From a virus (Duplodnaviria > Caudoviricetes), in IMG/VR virus record IMGVR_UViG_3300020048_000105, positions 9,031 through 73,030 of that record: DNA of 64,000 bases; one strand, given 5' to 3'. This document shows, one piece after another, positions 17,169 to 25,159 of this stretch. The first letter of the stretch is position 1. Every line of letters starts with the position of its first letter. Both the position numbers and the translations under genes were made by a program. The notes under the pieces are model-generated. The model worked only from the letters and a program-made list of their open reading frames with translations, had not been told where the DNA came from and ran no database searches.

Positions 17169-17176
17169 CTTAGTGT

Positions 17177-18031
17177 TTAAACGTATCCGTGTTGTTTCTT
17201 CCAAGCGTTCATGCGATCTTCTACCCAAGGAATCTGGATCGAAGTGATTCTCTTATCGAGCTTGTTGACAATTACCTTGTTATCTGGCACGTTGAACAAC
17301 ATTATTGCCGGGTCGCCTTCTTGCCAGTTTTCATATTGCTTAATGGCCTTTTCGATGAGTTCGGGCTTAAAGTGATCTTTTGCGCTCCAGTTCTCGAGCT
17401 TCTTACGAATGTCTTTTCTTATCCATGCCAGGTGCTGCATCCTTATGTCACCATCTGCAAAGAGATGGGTTCCAATGTTCATTGGGTTGTTTATTCTTCG
17501 TGTTGGATCTGTTGGCCCGGGTGCAGGTCCGTTGAACGTGTAATTGAAGTACGTTGAGTGTATTCCATTTACGAAAGGACGGAATGGGTACACTAAGTAG
17601 TGCTCCATGTCTCTGTAATAATTTACATAGCTCCAATAAGTTATGGGCCAGCCGTGCTTGTTTATCTCAGACTTTGCGAACCTAAACTGGTCGGGGTCAT
17701 AGAGCTCATCTGCGTCTATGTTTAAAACGTGTGAGAAGCCTTTTTGCTTCATCATGTTTATTCCCATATTACGTTTGTCGGTCTCTTGCTGACGAGCATA
17801 AACAGTGAGGTCGGTCTTGAACTCAATGAGTTCGTCTATAAGCCCTATCTTTTTTAGACGTTGCAGCTCTTCGAAATCTGCGGGGTCTTGTTTGTTTCCC
17901 CAGTACGATGTTGCCTGCCAGAATGCAGCTACATAATCTACTTGATCTCGTAATTGAGTGATGAGTGATTCGAGTAACTCGCTAGCGTCGAAGGCATTTA
18001 TTGTGAGTGATAATTTGCGGATTGCGCCCAT
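17177..18031 (-). CDS. GT-A fold glycosyltransferase (GT2-like)
   Basis: LSLTINAFD..ELL, KRN.G, HVLNIDADE (DxD), QHLAWIR. Start placed at ATG 18031. Confidence 0.78.
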   Translation of the reverse strand: MGAIRKLSLTINAFDASELLESLITQLRDQVDYVAAFWQATSYWGNKQDPADFEELQRLKKIGLIDELIEFKTDLTVYARQQETDKRNMGINMMKQKGFSHVLNIDADELYDPDQFRFAKSEINKHGWPITYWSYVNYYRDMEHYLVYPFRPFVNGIHSTYFNYTFNGPAPGPTDPTRRINNPMNIGTHLFADGDIRMQHLAWIRKDIRKKLENWSAKDHFKPELIEKAIKQYENWQEGDPAIMLFNVPDNKVIVNKLDKRITSIQIPWVEDRMNAWKKQHGYV

Positions 18032-18044
18032 ATTTTTTCTTTTA

Positions 18045-18299
18045 TTATTTCGTATTTTTGTTGTTTGGCATCTCACCTGTAGATGCAATGCTGTAGATAA
18101 CCGCAACGTCTTGCATTGTTCTGATCTGTGCATTTAATTTTAAGACATTTTCAAACTCTTCCCGGAGGTTTGCATCAGGCTTCGCCTCTTCTACAATGTG
18201 GTCATGAAGTAGTCCTATTGCGCCGTTGCGCCTTTCTCTTAACCAAGCGATTGTGGTGCCTATTGGTATGTTGTGTAGCGAATCGTCTAAGTAGATCAT
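18045..18299 (-). CDS. Hypothetical protein
   Basis: 84-aa ORF with ATGA overlap on the thyA stop. Confidence 0.65.
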   Translation of the reverse strand: MIYLDDSLHNIPIGTTIAWLRERRNGAIGLLHDHIVEEAKPDANLREEFENVLKLNAQIRTMQDVAVIYSIASTGEMPNNKNTK

Positions 18300-19402
18300 T
18301 GTTTGGGTAGTTTTTTAATGCCGGTGAATAAGTCAGTTGGGTTGGTAAGTTTTGGATGTGGGTCGTAGCCTTTTAGTTCAAAATCTTCAAACTTTAAAGC
18401 CAGTATATCTTCCAATGTATTTATTTCCTTCTTTATTTCCATTGTCGGGAGCTCTTTAGTTTCCCTTGCAAGTTGTTCGTCTACCGCAGGAAGGTGGTTG
18501 ACATATAAGTGAGTGTCGCCTCCTATCCAAGTTGCTACACCTGGGAGCATGTTAGACAGCTTAGCCATGATCTTTAGAAGTATAGACATCGAAGCAATGT
18601 TGTAAGGAACACCTAACATTGTGTCACAGCTTCTCTGATAGAGGTTTAAGTCAAGGTAGAATTTAGGAATGCTGTGTTCGTCACATATCCTATTGAGTTC
18701 ATCGTCTTCAACTGATTGTTGGTTGAAATCGTTCCATTCGGTTGATTGAAGAATTTCCCATCTTTCTTCGGTAGAAAGTGGTCTTACGATGAACTGATAA
18801 AGCAAGTGGCAAGGAGGCAGTGCCATTTCTGGAAAGTCTGCTTTGTTCCAACCATCGATGATGTGGTAACGACTGTAAGGATTTTTCTTTAATCCATCGA
18901 TCACATCTTTCACTTGGTCTATACCATTTTGGTTCCTCCACTGGTGGCCATAAATTTTTCCGAGGTCACCAAGTTTGTAGCCATTTCCTGCCCATGCAGC
19001 CACGCTTAGCTGCAGTTCATTATTTTTGATAAGCTCTACAAATTCTTCTTCTGTGTATTCTCTTTCAACGTCAGATATTAAAAGATCAGGAATATTTGCA
19101 AGATGTTCCAAGCCAATTAACCTGTGTTTTTGATACCAACGATATGCGTCGTCGTTCCAAATGTTAGTGCCGTTGTCAACAAGCCACTTGATGTTGGTGT
19201 CACCACGTAAGAACCAAAGGAGTTCGTTAACGATTCCCCTGAAGTGTAGTTTCTTTGTAGTTAGGAGAGGGAACTTATCGCCGATGTCCATCTGAATAAC
19301 ACCATGAGATATCCCAATTGTGTTGGGCATGTTGTCTCGGCCAGATTCCTTTTCGACTCCAGTTTCGACTATTTTCTTTAGTAAGTCTAAGTATTGCTGC
19401 AT
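18296..19402 (-). CDS. thyA: Thymidylate synthase (ThyA) with two insertions
   Basis: FPLLTTKK, ELLWFLRG, LGKIYGHQWR, MALPPCH, YQRSCD..LGVPYN, GDTHLY.NH. Confidence 0.96.
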   Translation of the reverse strand: MQQYLDLLKKIVETGVEKESGRDNMPNTIGISHGVIQMDIGDKFPLLTTKKLHFRGIVNELLWFLRGDTNIKWLVDNGTNIWNDDAYRWYQKHRLIGLEHLANIPDLLISDVEREYTEEEFVELIKNNELQLSVAAWAGNGYKLGDLGKIYGHQWRNQNGIDQVKDVIDGLKKNPYSRYHIIDGWNKADFPEMALPPCHLLYQFIVRPLSTEERWEILQSTEWNDFNQQSVEDDELNRICDEHSIPKFYLDLNLYQRSCDTMLGVPYNIASMSILLKIMAKLSNMLPGVATWIGGDTHLYVNHLPAVDEQLARETKELPTMEIKKEINTLEDILALKFEDFELKGYDPHPKLTNPTDLFTGIKKLPKQ

Positions 19403-19416
19403 ACAAATTGTTTATA

Positions 19417-19444
19417 ATTTATATGCAATTTTTGAGAAGAGTTT
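19417..19444 (-). promoter_or_regulatory. Candidate early/middle promoter AAACT-N13-GCATATAAAT upstream of thyA
   Basis: Third copy of the motif seen at 385-413 and 30416-30443. Confidence 0.55.
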
Positions 19445-19455
19445 TAAAGCTTGTG

Positions 19456-22182
19456 TTATTTCTTTGTTCCGAATGTAACATTTCCTGCTACCTTTCCGTC
19501 TGGGAACTCAAATGTGAACTGTCCATTGAGTTTAGCCATAACCGCAGTAGCTATCTTAGTTCCGATACTGTTCCAGTCAGCTCCTGTGTTTTCTCCACCT
19601 GCGCCTTGAGCTCCAGCAGAAGTGGCACCTGAACTTTTTGCATAAGTTTTTGCACCATCAGACATCGTCTCAGCGTGCTTGCCAGCAGATGTAGATATCT
19701 TTTCGAGGTTAGCAATCTTGTCGGAAGTGAGGTTGCCCATGTTAGTCACAAGCAATCCAACATTAGTTGCGAGCTTACCTATCGAATCACCTAGTAGATT
19801 TATGTTCTCCGCTGACTTTCCAAGTGTATCGAACTGTGATATGACTGTAGAAAATGAACTAAGAGATGCTGCTATCTTCTTAGATTTTTCTTCAATGCCT
19901 TTTGCGCCGTCACCTGCCAATAAGTTTGCCTCTAAGTGTGTAGTAAATGTTTTTATAAGATCAACAATGTTATATGCAGCCTGAGACGGTGTTGTCCATG
20001 CGGTAGCATTACCCTTATCATCGAACGCTGTCGGAATTCCTTTTGAAACATTCGCATACTGTGCTATCATTTCACCGAACTTCATGATAGGTTCCAAAAT
20101 GCCAGGTTTGTCAGATGAAACACCTAAAAACTTCCAAAGTGCAGATGCTTTCGAGCCTAAGAGAATTTGTGCTAACATTCCTGTGCTTTCAGTATTTAAA
20201 CCTTCTAACATAGTTTTGTTGTCTTTGAAAGCCTGGAAGAACGTTGATAGAGTGCTTACTATGTTCGTGGCCACTTTGCTGGCCGTGGTATAACCGGAAA
20301 CTACTTGGTTTCCATTTGCGTCTACACTATAAACAGGAATCTGTCCTAACTTTGCGAATAATTGTAAAACTTCACCGAACTTCGAGATAGCATCCAACAA
20401 CCCAGGTTCGCCTGATATAATTCGTATTCCTAATATTTTTAAACCACTGCGGCCCATCAGGATGTTTGTCATCTTTGCAACAGCCATAGCATCGGGAAGT
20501 TTATTTGGATCGTTGAATGCCACTACCAGTCCTTGGAAGAATCCTCCGAGAGTGAGCGCTATGTTGTTTCCTATAGATGCAACATCTATAGATTCACCAA
20601 ATATAGGTTTACCCTCTTTATCATAACCTGTGATAGTTTTAATTACGCCTGCAATAGCAAATGCTTTAATTGCCATTGCAAATAAAATAAGAGAAAGTGA
20701 AAGACTTCCAATCATCGCTATAGCTCCGATGAGCGCAACTATATTTAGTGCAACTTGTCCAGCTTGTCCAAGCATACTAAGAAATCCAGCTGGACTGTTT
20801 TCAGTTCCAGTACCAAGACCTTTGCTAAAGCCTTTGATTACTCCGCCGATAACACCGCCTACCAGAAGCTCAATGTTTGAGGATACAGTTTCCACACCAT
20901 CTTTACCTCCAATAGTCTTTATCACAGCTGCTATGCCCCAGACTGCTAGTGCAAATAGGCCAAGTGAAACAGACATCAGTATCAATGCTGCTGTGCCGGG
21001 GATTATAGCAATCGCTATTAAACCTAAGCCCGCAAACATTAATCCAAGAACACCAATGCCTTTTGCGACACCTAAAAGCATATCAAACATATCGAGGCCA
21101 AATAGTTTTGTAACTAACGCCGATACTGTGCCTAGTGCTAATATACCAATAGCTAATGTTGTCATGCCTATACTCATTATGGTTATAGCAATTCCACCCA
21201 TTATTATTAAAGACGAAAATAAACCTATGCCTGCAAATACGGCTGCAACTAATGCTATAGATTTAAACGATCCGATGAGTGCAGCATCTGTTTTCTTTTG
21301 ACCACCCATCATTAAGTTAACAAGGGCTAATGAGCCCATGAATAATAATAAACCTACACCTAAAAGTCCAAGTCCTACACCCATAGATGCTACCGCAACA
21401 CCAGATAAAATAATAAGTGGCGATAATATTCCAATAAGTGCAAATCCACCTGCAAGAATAATAATAGATTTGACTACAATTCCCATTGCTTCATTGGGAC
21501 TTACACCAAAAAGTTTAGTGGCAAGCCATATAGCACCAATCATAATTACCACTGAGGCTGCGAAACTTAGAATGACCAGAGCGATACTCTTGAGTACTTC
21601 AGCGACACCCATTAATGCGACACCTATTAACCCTAATACAATTGCCACAGGTAATGCTAGGGCCGCGAGAGGGGACGCAGCGGCCAATGCGGTGAATAGT
21701 ACTCCAATACCCATTGCAGTTGCATTCACTAATCCCATTTTTGACATTAAGCCAAAGAAAAACACGCCTTTAGCTAATTTAGGCAGGGCGGTCCCTAATA
21801 TATTCATAGTTTCTGCTATAATTATAGCAGATGTGGTGGCTGACTTACCTCTGAAGCTTGCCTGTGCTAATAAATCATGTATAAAAAAAATAACAGACTT
21901 TTTAAACGAATTTGGCAATAAGCCAAATTTTAATATTCCCATAGCAAGAGGAGCCATTGCAGATGACAATATTTTCATAGCATCTGCAGTATCTCTAACC
22001 TTTTCATTAGTTTTTTTATCCTGGGAAAAAGCTTTCATATCAATGCCTATTCCCTTCGAAGCCTTCATGGTCGGGGTTTCAGGTGTCTTCTTTTTTGCCG
22101 ATTTGCCGCCCTCTAAAAGGTTGGTTACCTTGACGAGTACTCCTAGAATGTCGGTCAAAAGTTCAGGTGAGGTTTTTGCCAT
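19456..22182 (-). CDS. Tape-measure-like protein with many hydrophobic helices
   Basis: 908 aa, Ala/Gly/Ile/Leu-rich periodic helices; lies downstream of sheath, tube and chaperone genes; GATATATAAATA promoter at 22198-22209. Confidence 0.7.
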   Translation of the reverse strand: MAKTSPELLTDILGVLVKVTNLLEGGKSAKKKTPETPTMKASKGIGIDMKAFSQDKKTNEKVRDTADAMKILSSAMAPLAMGILKFGLLPNSFKKSVIFFIHDLLAQASFRGKSATTSAIIIAETMNILGTALPKLAKGVFFFGLMSKMGLVNATAMGIGVLFTALAAASPLAALALPVAIVLGLIGVALMGVAEVLKSIALVILSFAASVVIMIGAIWLATKLFGVSPNEAMGIVVKSIIILAGGFALIGILSPLIILSGVAVASMGVGLGLLGVGLLLFMGSLALVNLMMGGQKKTDAALIGSFKSIALVAAVFAGIGLFSSLIIMGGIAITIMSIGMTTLAIGILALGTVSALVTKLFGLDMFDMLLGVAKGIGVLGLMFAGLGLIAIAIIPGTAALILMSVSLGLFALAVWGIAAVIKTIGGKDGVETVSSNIELLVGGVIGGVIKGFSKGLGTGTENSPAGFLSMLGQAGQVALNIVALIGAIAMIGSLSLSLILFAMAIKAFAIAGVIKTITGYDKEGKPIFGESIDVASIGNNIALTLGGFFQGLVVAFNDPNKLPDAMAVAKMTNILMGRSGLKILGIRIISGEPGLLDAISKFGEVLQLFAKLGQIPVYSVDANGNQVVSGYTTASKVATNIVSTLSTFFQAFKDNKTMLEGLNTESTGMLAQILLGSKASALWKFLGVSSDKPGILEPIMKFGEMIAQYANVSKGIPTAFDDKGNATAWTTPSQAAYNIVDLIKTFTTHLEANLLAGDGAKGIEEKSKKIAASLSSFSTVISQFDTLGKSAENINLLGDSIGKLATNVGLLVTNMGNLTSDKIANLEKISTSAGKHAETMSDGAKTYAKSSGATSAGAQGAGGENTGADWNSIGTKIATAVMAKLNGQFTFEFPDGKVAGNVTFGTKK

Positions 22183-22219
22183 CGATAGTAATAATTTTAT
22201 TTATATATCTACCAACATA

Positions 22220-22252
22220 AAAAGGACACTTAATTTAGTTAAGTGTCCTTTT
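22220..22252 (-). terminator. Intrinsic terminator after gp51-like gene
   Basis: 14-bp stem AAAAGGACACTTAA/TTAAGTGTCCTTTT. Confidence 0.8.
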
Positions 22253-22254
22253 GT

Positions 22255-22539
22255 TTAATGCATTGAAGGCATCTTCATTGAAGGTAATTGCATCGAAGGT
22301 AATTGCATCGAAGGCAATTTATAATCACCATAATTAGGAGTCTTTGGTAACTGGCTCGACTGCTTTGCCGTGCCAGCGCTCTTGTTCTGTTTTTCAGCTT
22401 CTTTGTTCTGTCGTTCAATGTCCTCTTGGTACTCTTTCAGAAGGAACTCTATTCGATAGTATTCCAACCTCTCGAGTTCCGATGGAGGAACGTGTAGTTT
22501 AGAGGTAAAGATGTATTCGATCTTAGACCAATTCTCCAA
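22255..22539 (-). CDS. gp51-like baseplate-hub/tail assembly chaperone (no ATG; TTG start or frameshift product)
   Basis: LENWSKIEY...SELERLEYYRIEFLL..YQEDIERQNKE resembles gp51 LENYY...TELENM.PWER..Y..LL...IKEEN; overlaps the end of the gp26-like gene. Confidence 0.65.
   Translation of the reverse strand: MENWSKIEYIFTSKLHVPPSELERLEYYRIEFLLKEYQEDIERQNKEAEKQNKSAGTAKQSSQLPKTPNYGDYKLPSMQLPSMQLPSMKMPSMH
22265..22320. repeat. 15-bp tandem repeat (about 3.7 copies) encoding LPSMQ-like repeats
   Basis: GAAGGTAATTGCATC twice exact plus degenerate flanking copies. Confidence 0.85.
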
Positions 22540-23497
22540 ACGGATCTGAAATAATGAAAAGAGATTTAATCCCCCCTTGAAAGTTTAGCGGAGTTGTTCG
22601 CTCCGCACCTCCTTCGTCTGTAAATTTGACAACCGGGTCGATTGTGTCGGCAAATAGTTTTTTTATCTTTACCATTACTGAGATTTCCACGTTTCCCCAC
22701 TTGTGGGATTCTTCGACAAAGTGGTTGTACACGTCATCGTTCAGGCCTCTGAAGCTTCTGATGAGGAAAGGAGCGTAAGAAAGGTAGTCTTCGTCGAACT
22801 CCTGACGGGCTCTTTGCTTTCTTTGAATGTATGTTTTAAGCCACTGCGTAACACCGATAGAGGGTATGTCTATTTTTATCTGCCTGTCTGTTCCTCGTAT
22901 GCCCATAACGAAACACCTATCGTCTTCGTCGTAGTGCTGCATGAGCTTCGGGTCGAGAGTTATGTAGCTGACCATGTCTTTTCTTACGTCAAGCTTCTTT
23001 GTGTCTGAAACTTTTACTTGAAGCTTGTTCTCTCCGTCCGGGAACGTTAGTTCGTGAATGGCCAGAAGCAAGTAGAATCTGTCAACTTCCTTTATGTCTT
23101 TCCACGATAGCAAAGCTCCTGTATCGGGGTTAGCTGCTTTGATAGTTACACATCGTTCAATGACATAATTGAGCATGTCATCTAGGTGCGATAAGTAGTT
23201 TGGATCTTCTTCGTTTTCAGAAAGTGTTGACCAGTGCCTTATCTCGCCTCCATTCGCTGAGCGAATTGCAATCAATGTGCCCTTTGGATAGAAAAGGCCT
23301 TGAGTAGGCATGTCGCCTATTGGAAGCGGAATCCATCCTAGTTGGTTGCCGAGCGCTCTTTCTTCGCGCTCCCAAGGCATGTGAGTGTTGCCTATTGGAG
23401 TGATTTTTGGTCCTACCTGTGAAATAGGTATAGGTGCTTCTTCTCTTTGTACAAATTCTTCAAGAATCTTTTCTTGTTCAGTTTTTTCGTCCTGCAT
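22523..23497 (-). CDS. gp26-like baseplate hub subunit / tail assembly chaperone
   Basis: LP..GLFY, IRS....EI, ..ERCV, DRFYLLLAI...TF, C-terminal GGIKSLF; follows the tail tube gene. Confidence 0.7.
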   Translation of the reverse strand: MQDEKTEQEKILEEFVQREEAPIPISQVGPKITPIGNTHMPWEREERALGNQLGWIPLPIGDMPTQGLFYPKGTLIAIRSANGGEIRHWSTLSENEEDPNYLSHLDDMLNYVIERCVTIKAANPDTGALLSWKDIKEVDRFYLLLAIHELTFPDGENKLQVKVSDTKKLDVRKDMVSYITLDPKLMQHYDEDDRCFVMGIRGTDRQIKIDIPSIGVTQWLKTYIQRKQRARQEFDEDYLSYAPFLIRSFRGLNDDVYNHFVEESHKWGNVEISVMVKIKKLFADTIDPVVKFTDEGGAERTTPLNFQGGIKSLFIISDPFGELV

Positions 23498-23562
23498 AGT
23501 TATTTTATTTTAAGTATAGTCTATATATTATCCTATTACGAAAAGTGGCCAAAGTTTCACAC

Positions 23563-23596
23563 AAAAAGGAGAACTTTTGGTTCTCCTTTGTTTTTT
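23563..23596. terminator. Intrinsic terminator after the HNH gene
   Basis: AAAGGAGAAC/GTTCTCCTTT stem with A- and T-runs on either side. Confidence 0.75.
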
Positions 23597-23639
23597 GTGA
23601 AATTTAAAAGCGTTATACAATTGTCTCGTCCCAGTAATG

Positions 23640-24416
23640 TTATAATATTTTGCAACTAAATATATCTAAAATTGGAATATGAGTTTTAAGATGTCCATAA
23701 TATTTTCCTTTGCTTATGTTTAATGATTTTAAAAGTGATTGTACACCATCATATATAACAATTTCATCTGTTAATGTATTCGTACATTCAATTTTTCTTC
23801 GCAAATATTCATATGTATCGCCTTCTTTAAGTCGTTTTCTGGAACTACCTGCCATAGGGTTTTTCTCACCAATAAACATCCCTTTTAATTTTTTTGAAAT
23901 ATTTAATCGAGATTCAGGTTTTTTTGCAGGATTTTTATCTCCTTTTGCCTGCATCGACATTAAAAGCTTAGTTTCATTTGACACAGTCTTTCCACTATTT
24001 GCTTTACTTATTTTTTCTCGTGTTTCAATTGAACATGGTTTTTTATTCTTCTGAGAAGCACTCATTTTTAAACGAGTTTCTTCTGATATAGACGTAATAA
24101 AAAATAACTCTTTTGCTAATACATAATCACGGGATGATAACCTTCTGTTTTGGCGTTTATTGAATGTCATATAATAGAATGCACAAACTATTTTAAAATT
24201 ACCTGAGTAAATATGAACAAGTAATTTATGTGCGACATAATGTTCTTTTGTCGTCAATAATATTAAATTAGCTTCATTATCTTCACCACCTACACATCGA
24301 GGTATAATGTGATGTAATTCGTAGTATATGTAATTAGCATCGCCTTTTTTAAATTTTGTTCGATTTTCACTCTTTGCGTTGGCTATGATTAAATTATAAA
24401 TGTTTATATGATTCAT
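23640..24416 (-). CDS. HNH homing endonuclease with NUMOD3 repeats
   Basis: YYELHHIIPRCVGGEDNEANLILLTTKEHYVAHKLL; paralogue of 10738-11523; GAAATATATAA promoter at 24423-24433. Confidence 0.88.
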   Translation of the reverse strand: MNHINIYNLIIANAKSENRTKFKKGDANYIYYELHHIIPRCVGGEDNEANLILLTTKEHYVAHKLLVHIYSGNFKIVCAFYYMTFNKRQNRRLSSRDYVLAKELFFITSISEETRLKMSASQKNKKPCSIETREKISKANSGKTVSNETKLLMSMQAKGDKNPAKKPESRLNISKKLKGMFIGEKNPMAGSSRKRLKEGDTYEYLRRKIECTNTLTDEIVIYDGVQSLLKSLNISKGKYYGHLKTHIPILDIFSCKIL

Positions 24417-24447
24417 TTTATTTTATATATTTCGTCCCAATATACTA

Positions 24448-24490
24448 AAAATGACAAAAGACTAAGATTATCTTAGTCTTTTGTCATTTT
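24448..24490. terminator. Perfect 20-bp inverted repeat (terminator after tail tube gene)
   Basis: AAAATGACAAAAGACTAAGA-TTA-TCTTAGTCTTTTGTCATTTT. Confidence 0.8.
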
Positions 24491-24507
24491 GATATAGTTT
24501 TAACATT

Positions 24508-25107
24508 TTAAACAATAGTTTCATCCCAGTAATCTACGGCTAAACCGAATCCGTTGATAGCGTAAAGTTCTTCACTTTGGAATCCTAAAGCAGGCTCAGG
24601 AAGTGCGGTCATTGGGAACACGTTGTAACATTTCCACTGCCAGAATGGGCGAGCCGCTCTGTCGTACATTGTGATTAGCATCCAAGGAGCAACGTAGTCG
24701 GCTTTTATGCCAGTCCTACCTGTCAATGGGTCATACACCAGGTCACACCACTTACGAAGAGTCTTTAGCGTGTAAGCAGAAGGCGTCCTGTCGAGGTTGA
24801 CTTGAAAGTCCAGAGTTAAGTCCATTGTAGTCTCTGAAGGTTTTGCGCCTGCAAACCTTCTTGCTGCCCACTTGTAATACTGAGCAACAGGTGATGATGG
24901 GAATTTATGAGATTTAAGACCACCTACGGTTTGAACGCTTTCCAATACTAAGTTAGTGTTTTCCTGTGTTGAACCAATAGCTGTTGGTAATTCAATTTGC
25001 ACCGTGAACATGTTCAGATACACAGGTTCGTAGAGCTCTTGCGAAGCACGAGAGTTTCTGAAATGTGATAGTCCAAAGAGACCTTGTGATGAAAAGTTAT
25101 CAGCCAT
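24508..25107 (-). CDS. gp19: T4 gp19-like tail tube protein
   Basis: N.F.VQI.LP, LRKWCDLVYDPLTG..G.K.DY, QWKCYNVFP; directly after the sheath gene; GAATAAATA promoter at 25129-25137. Confidence 0.85.
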   Translation of the reverse strand: MADNFSSQGLFGLSHFRNSRASQELYEPVYLNMFTVQIELPTAIGSTQENTNLVLESVQTVGGLKSHKFPSSPVAQYYKWAARRFAGAKPSETTMDLTLDFQVNLDRTPSAYTLKTLRKWCDLVYDPLTGRTGIKADYVAPWMLITMYDRAARPFWQWKCYNVFPMTALPEPALGFQSEELYAINGFGLAVDYWDETIV

Positions 25108-25159
25108 ATTTAATGTTATTTTATATTCTATTTATTCCTGTTCGATTGGATCGCTTTGA

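Noticed and set aside
7203-17174. 14-nt match AGCTCCATCTTAGT between the tmRNA (7203-7216) and the terminator at 17161-17174
   Set aside because: Several 14-mer pairs are expected by chance in 64 kb, and the match does not extend.
17189-17557. + strand 122-aa ORF and similar short alternative-frame ORFs across the window
   Set aside because: They lie entirely antisense to or within well-supported genes and show no recognisable motifs.
19679-22258. Long + strand ORFs (19679, 20084, 20630, 21338)
   Set aside because: Antisense shadows of the tape-measure-like gene with no motifs or promoters.
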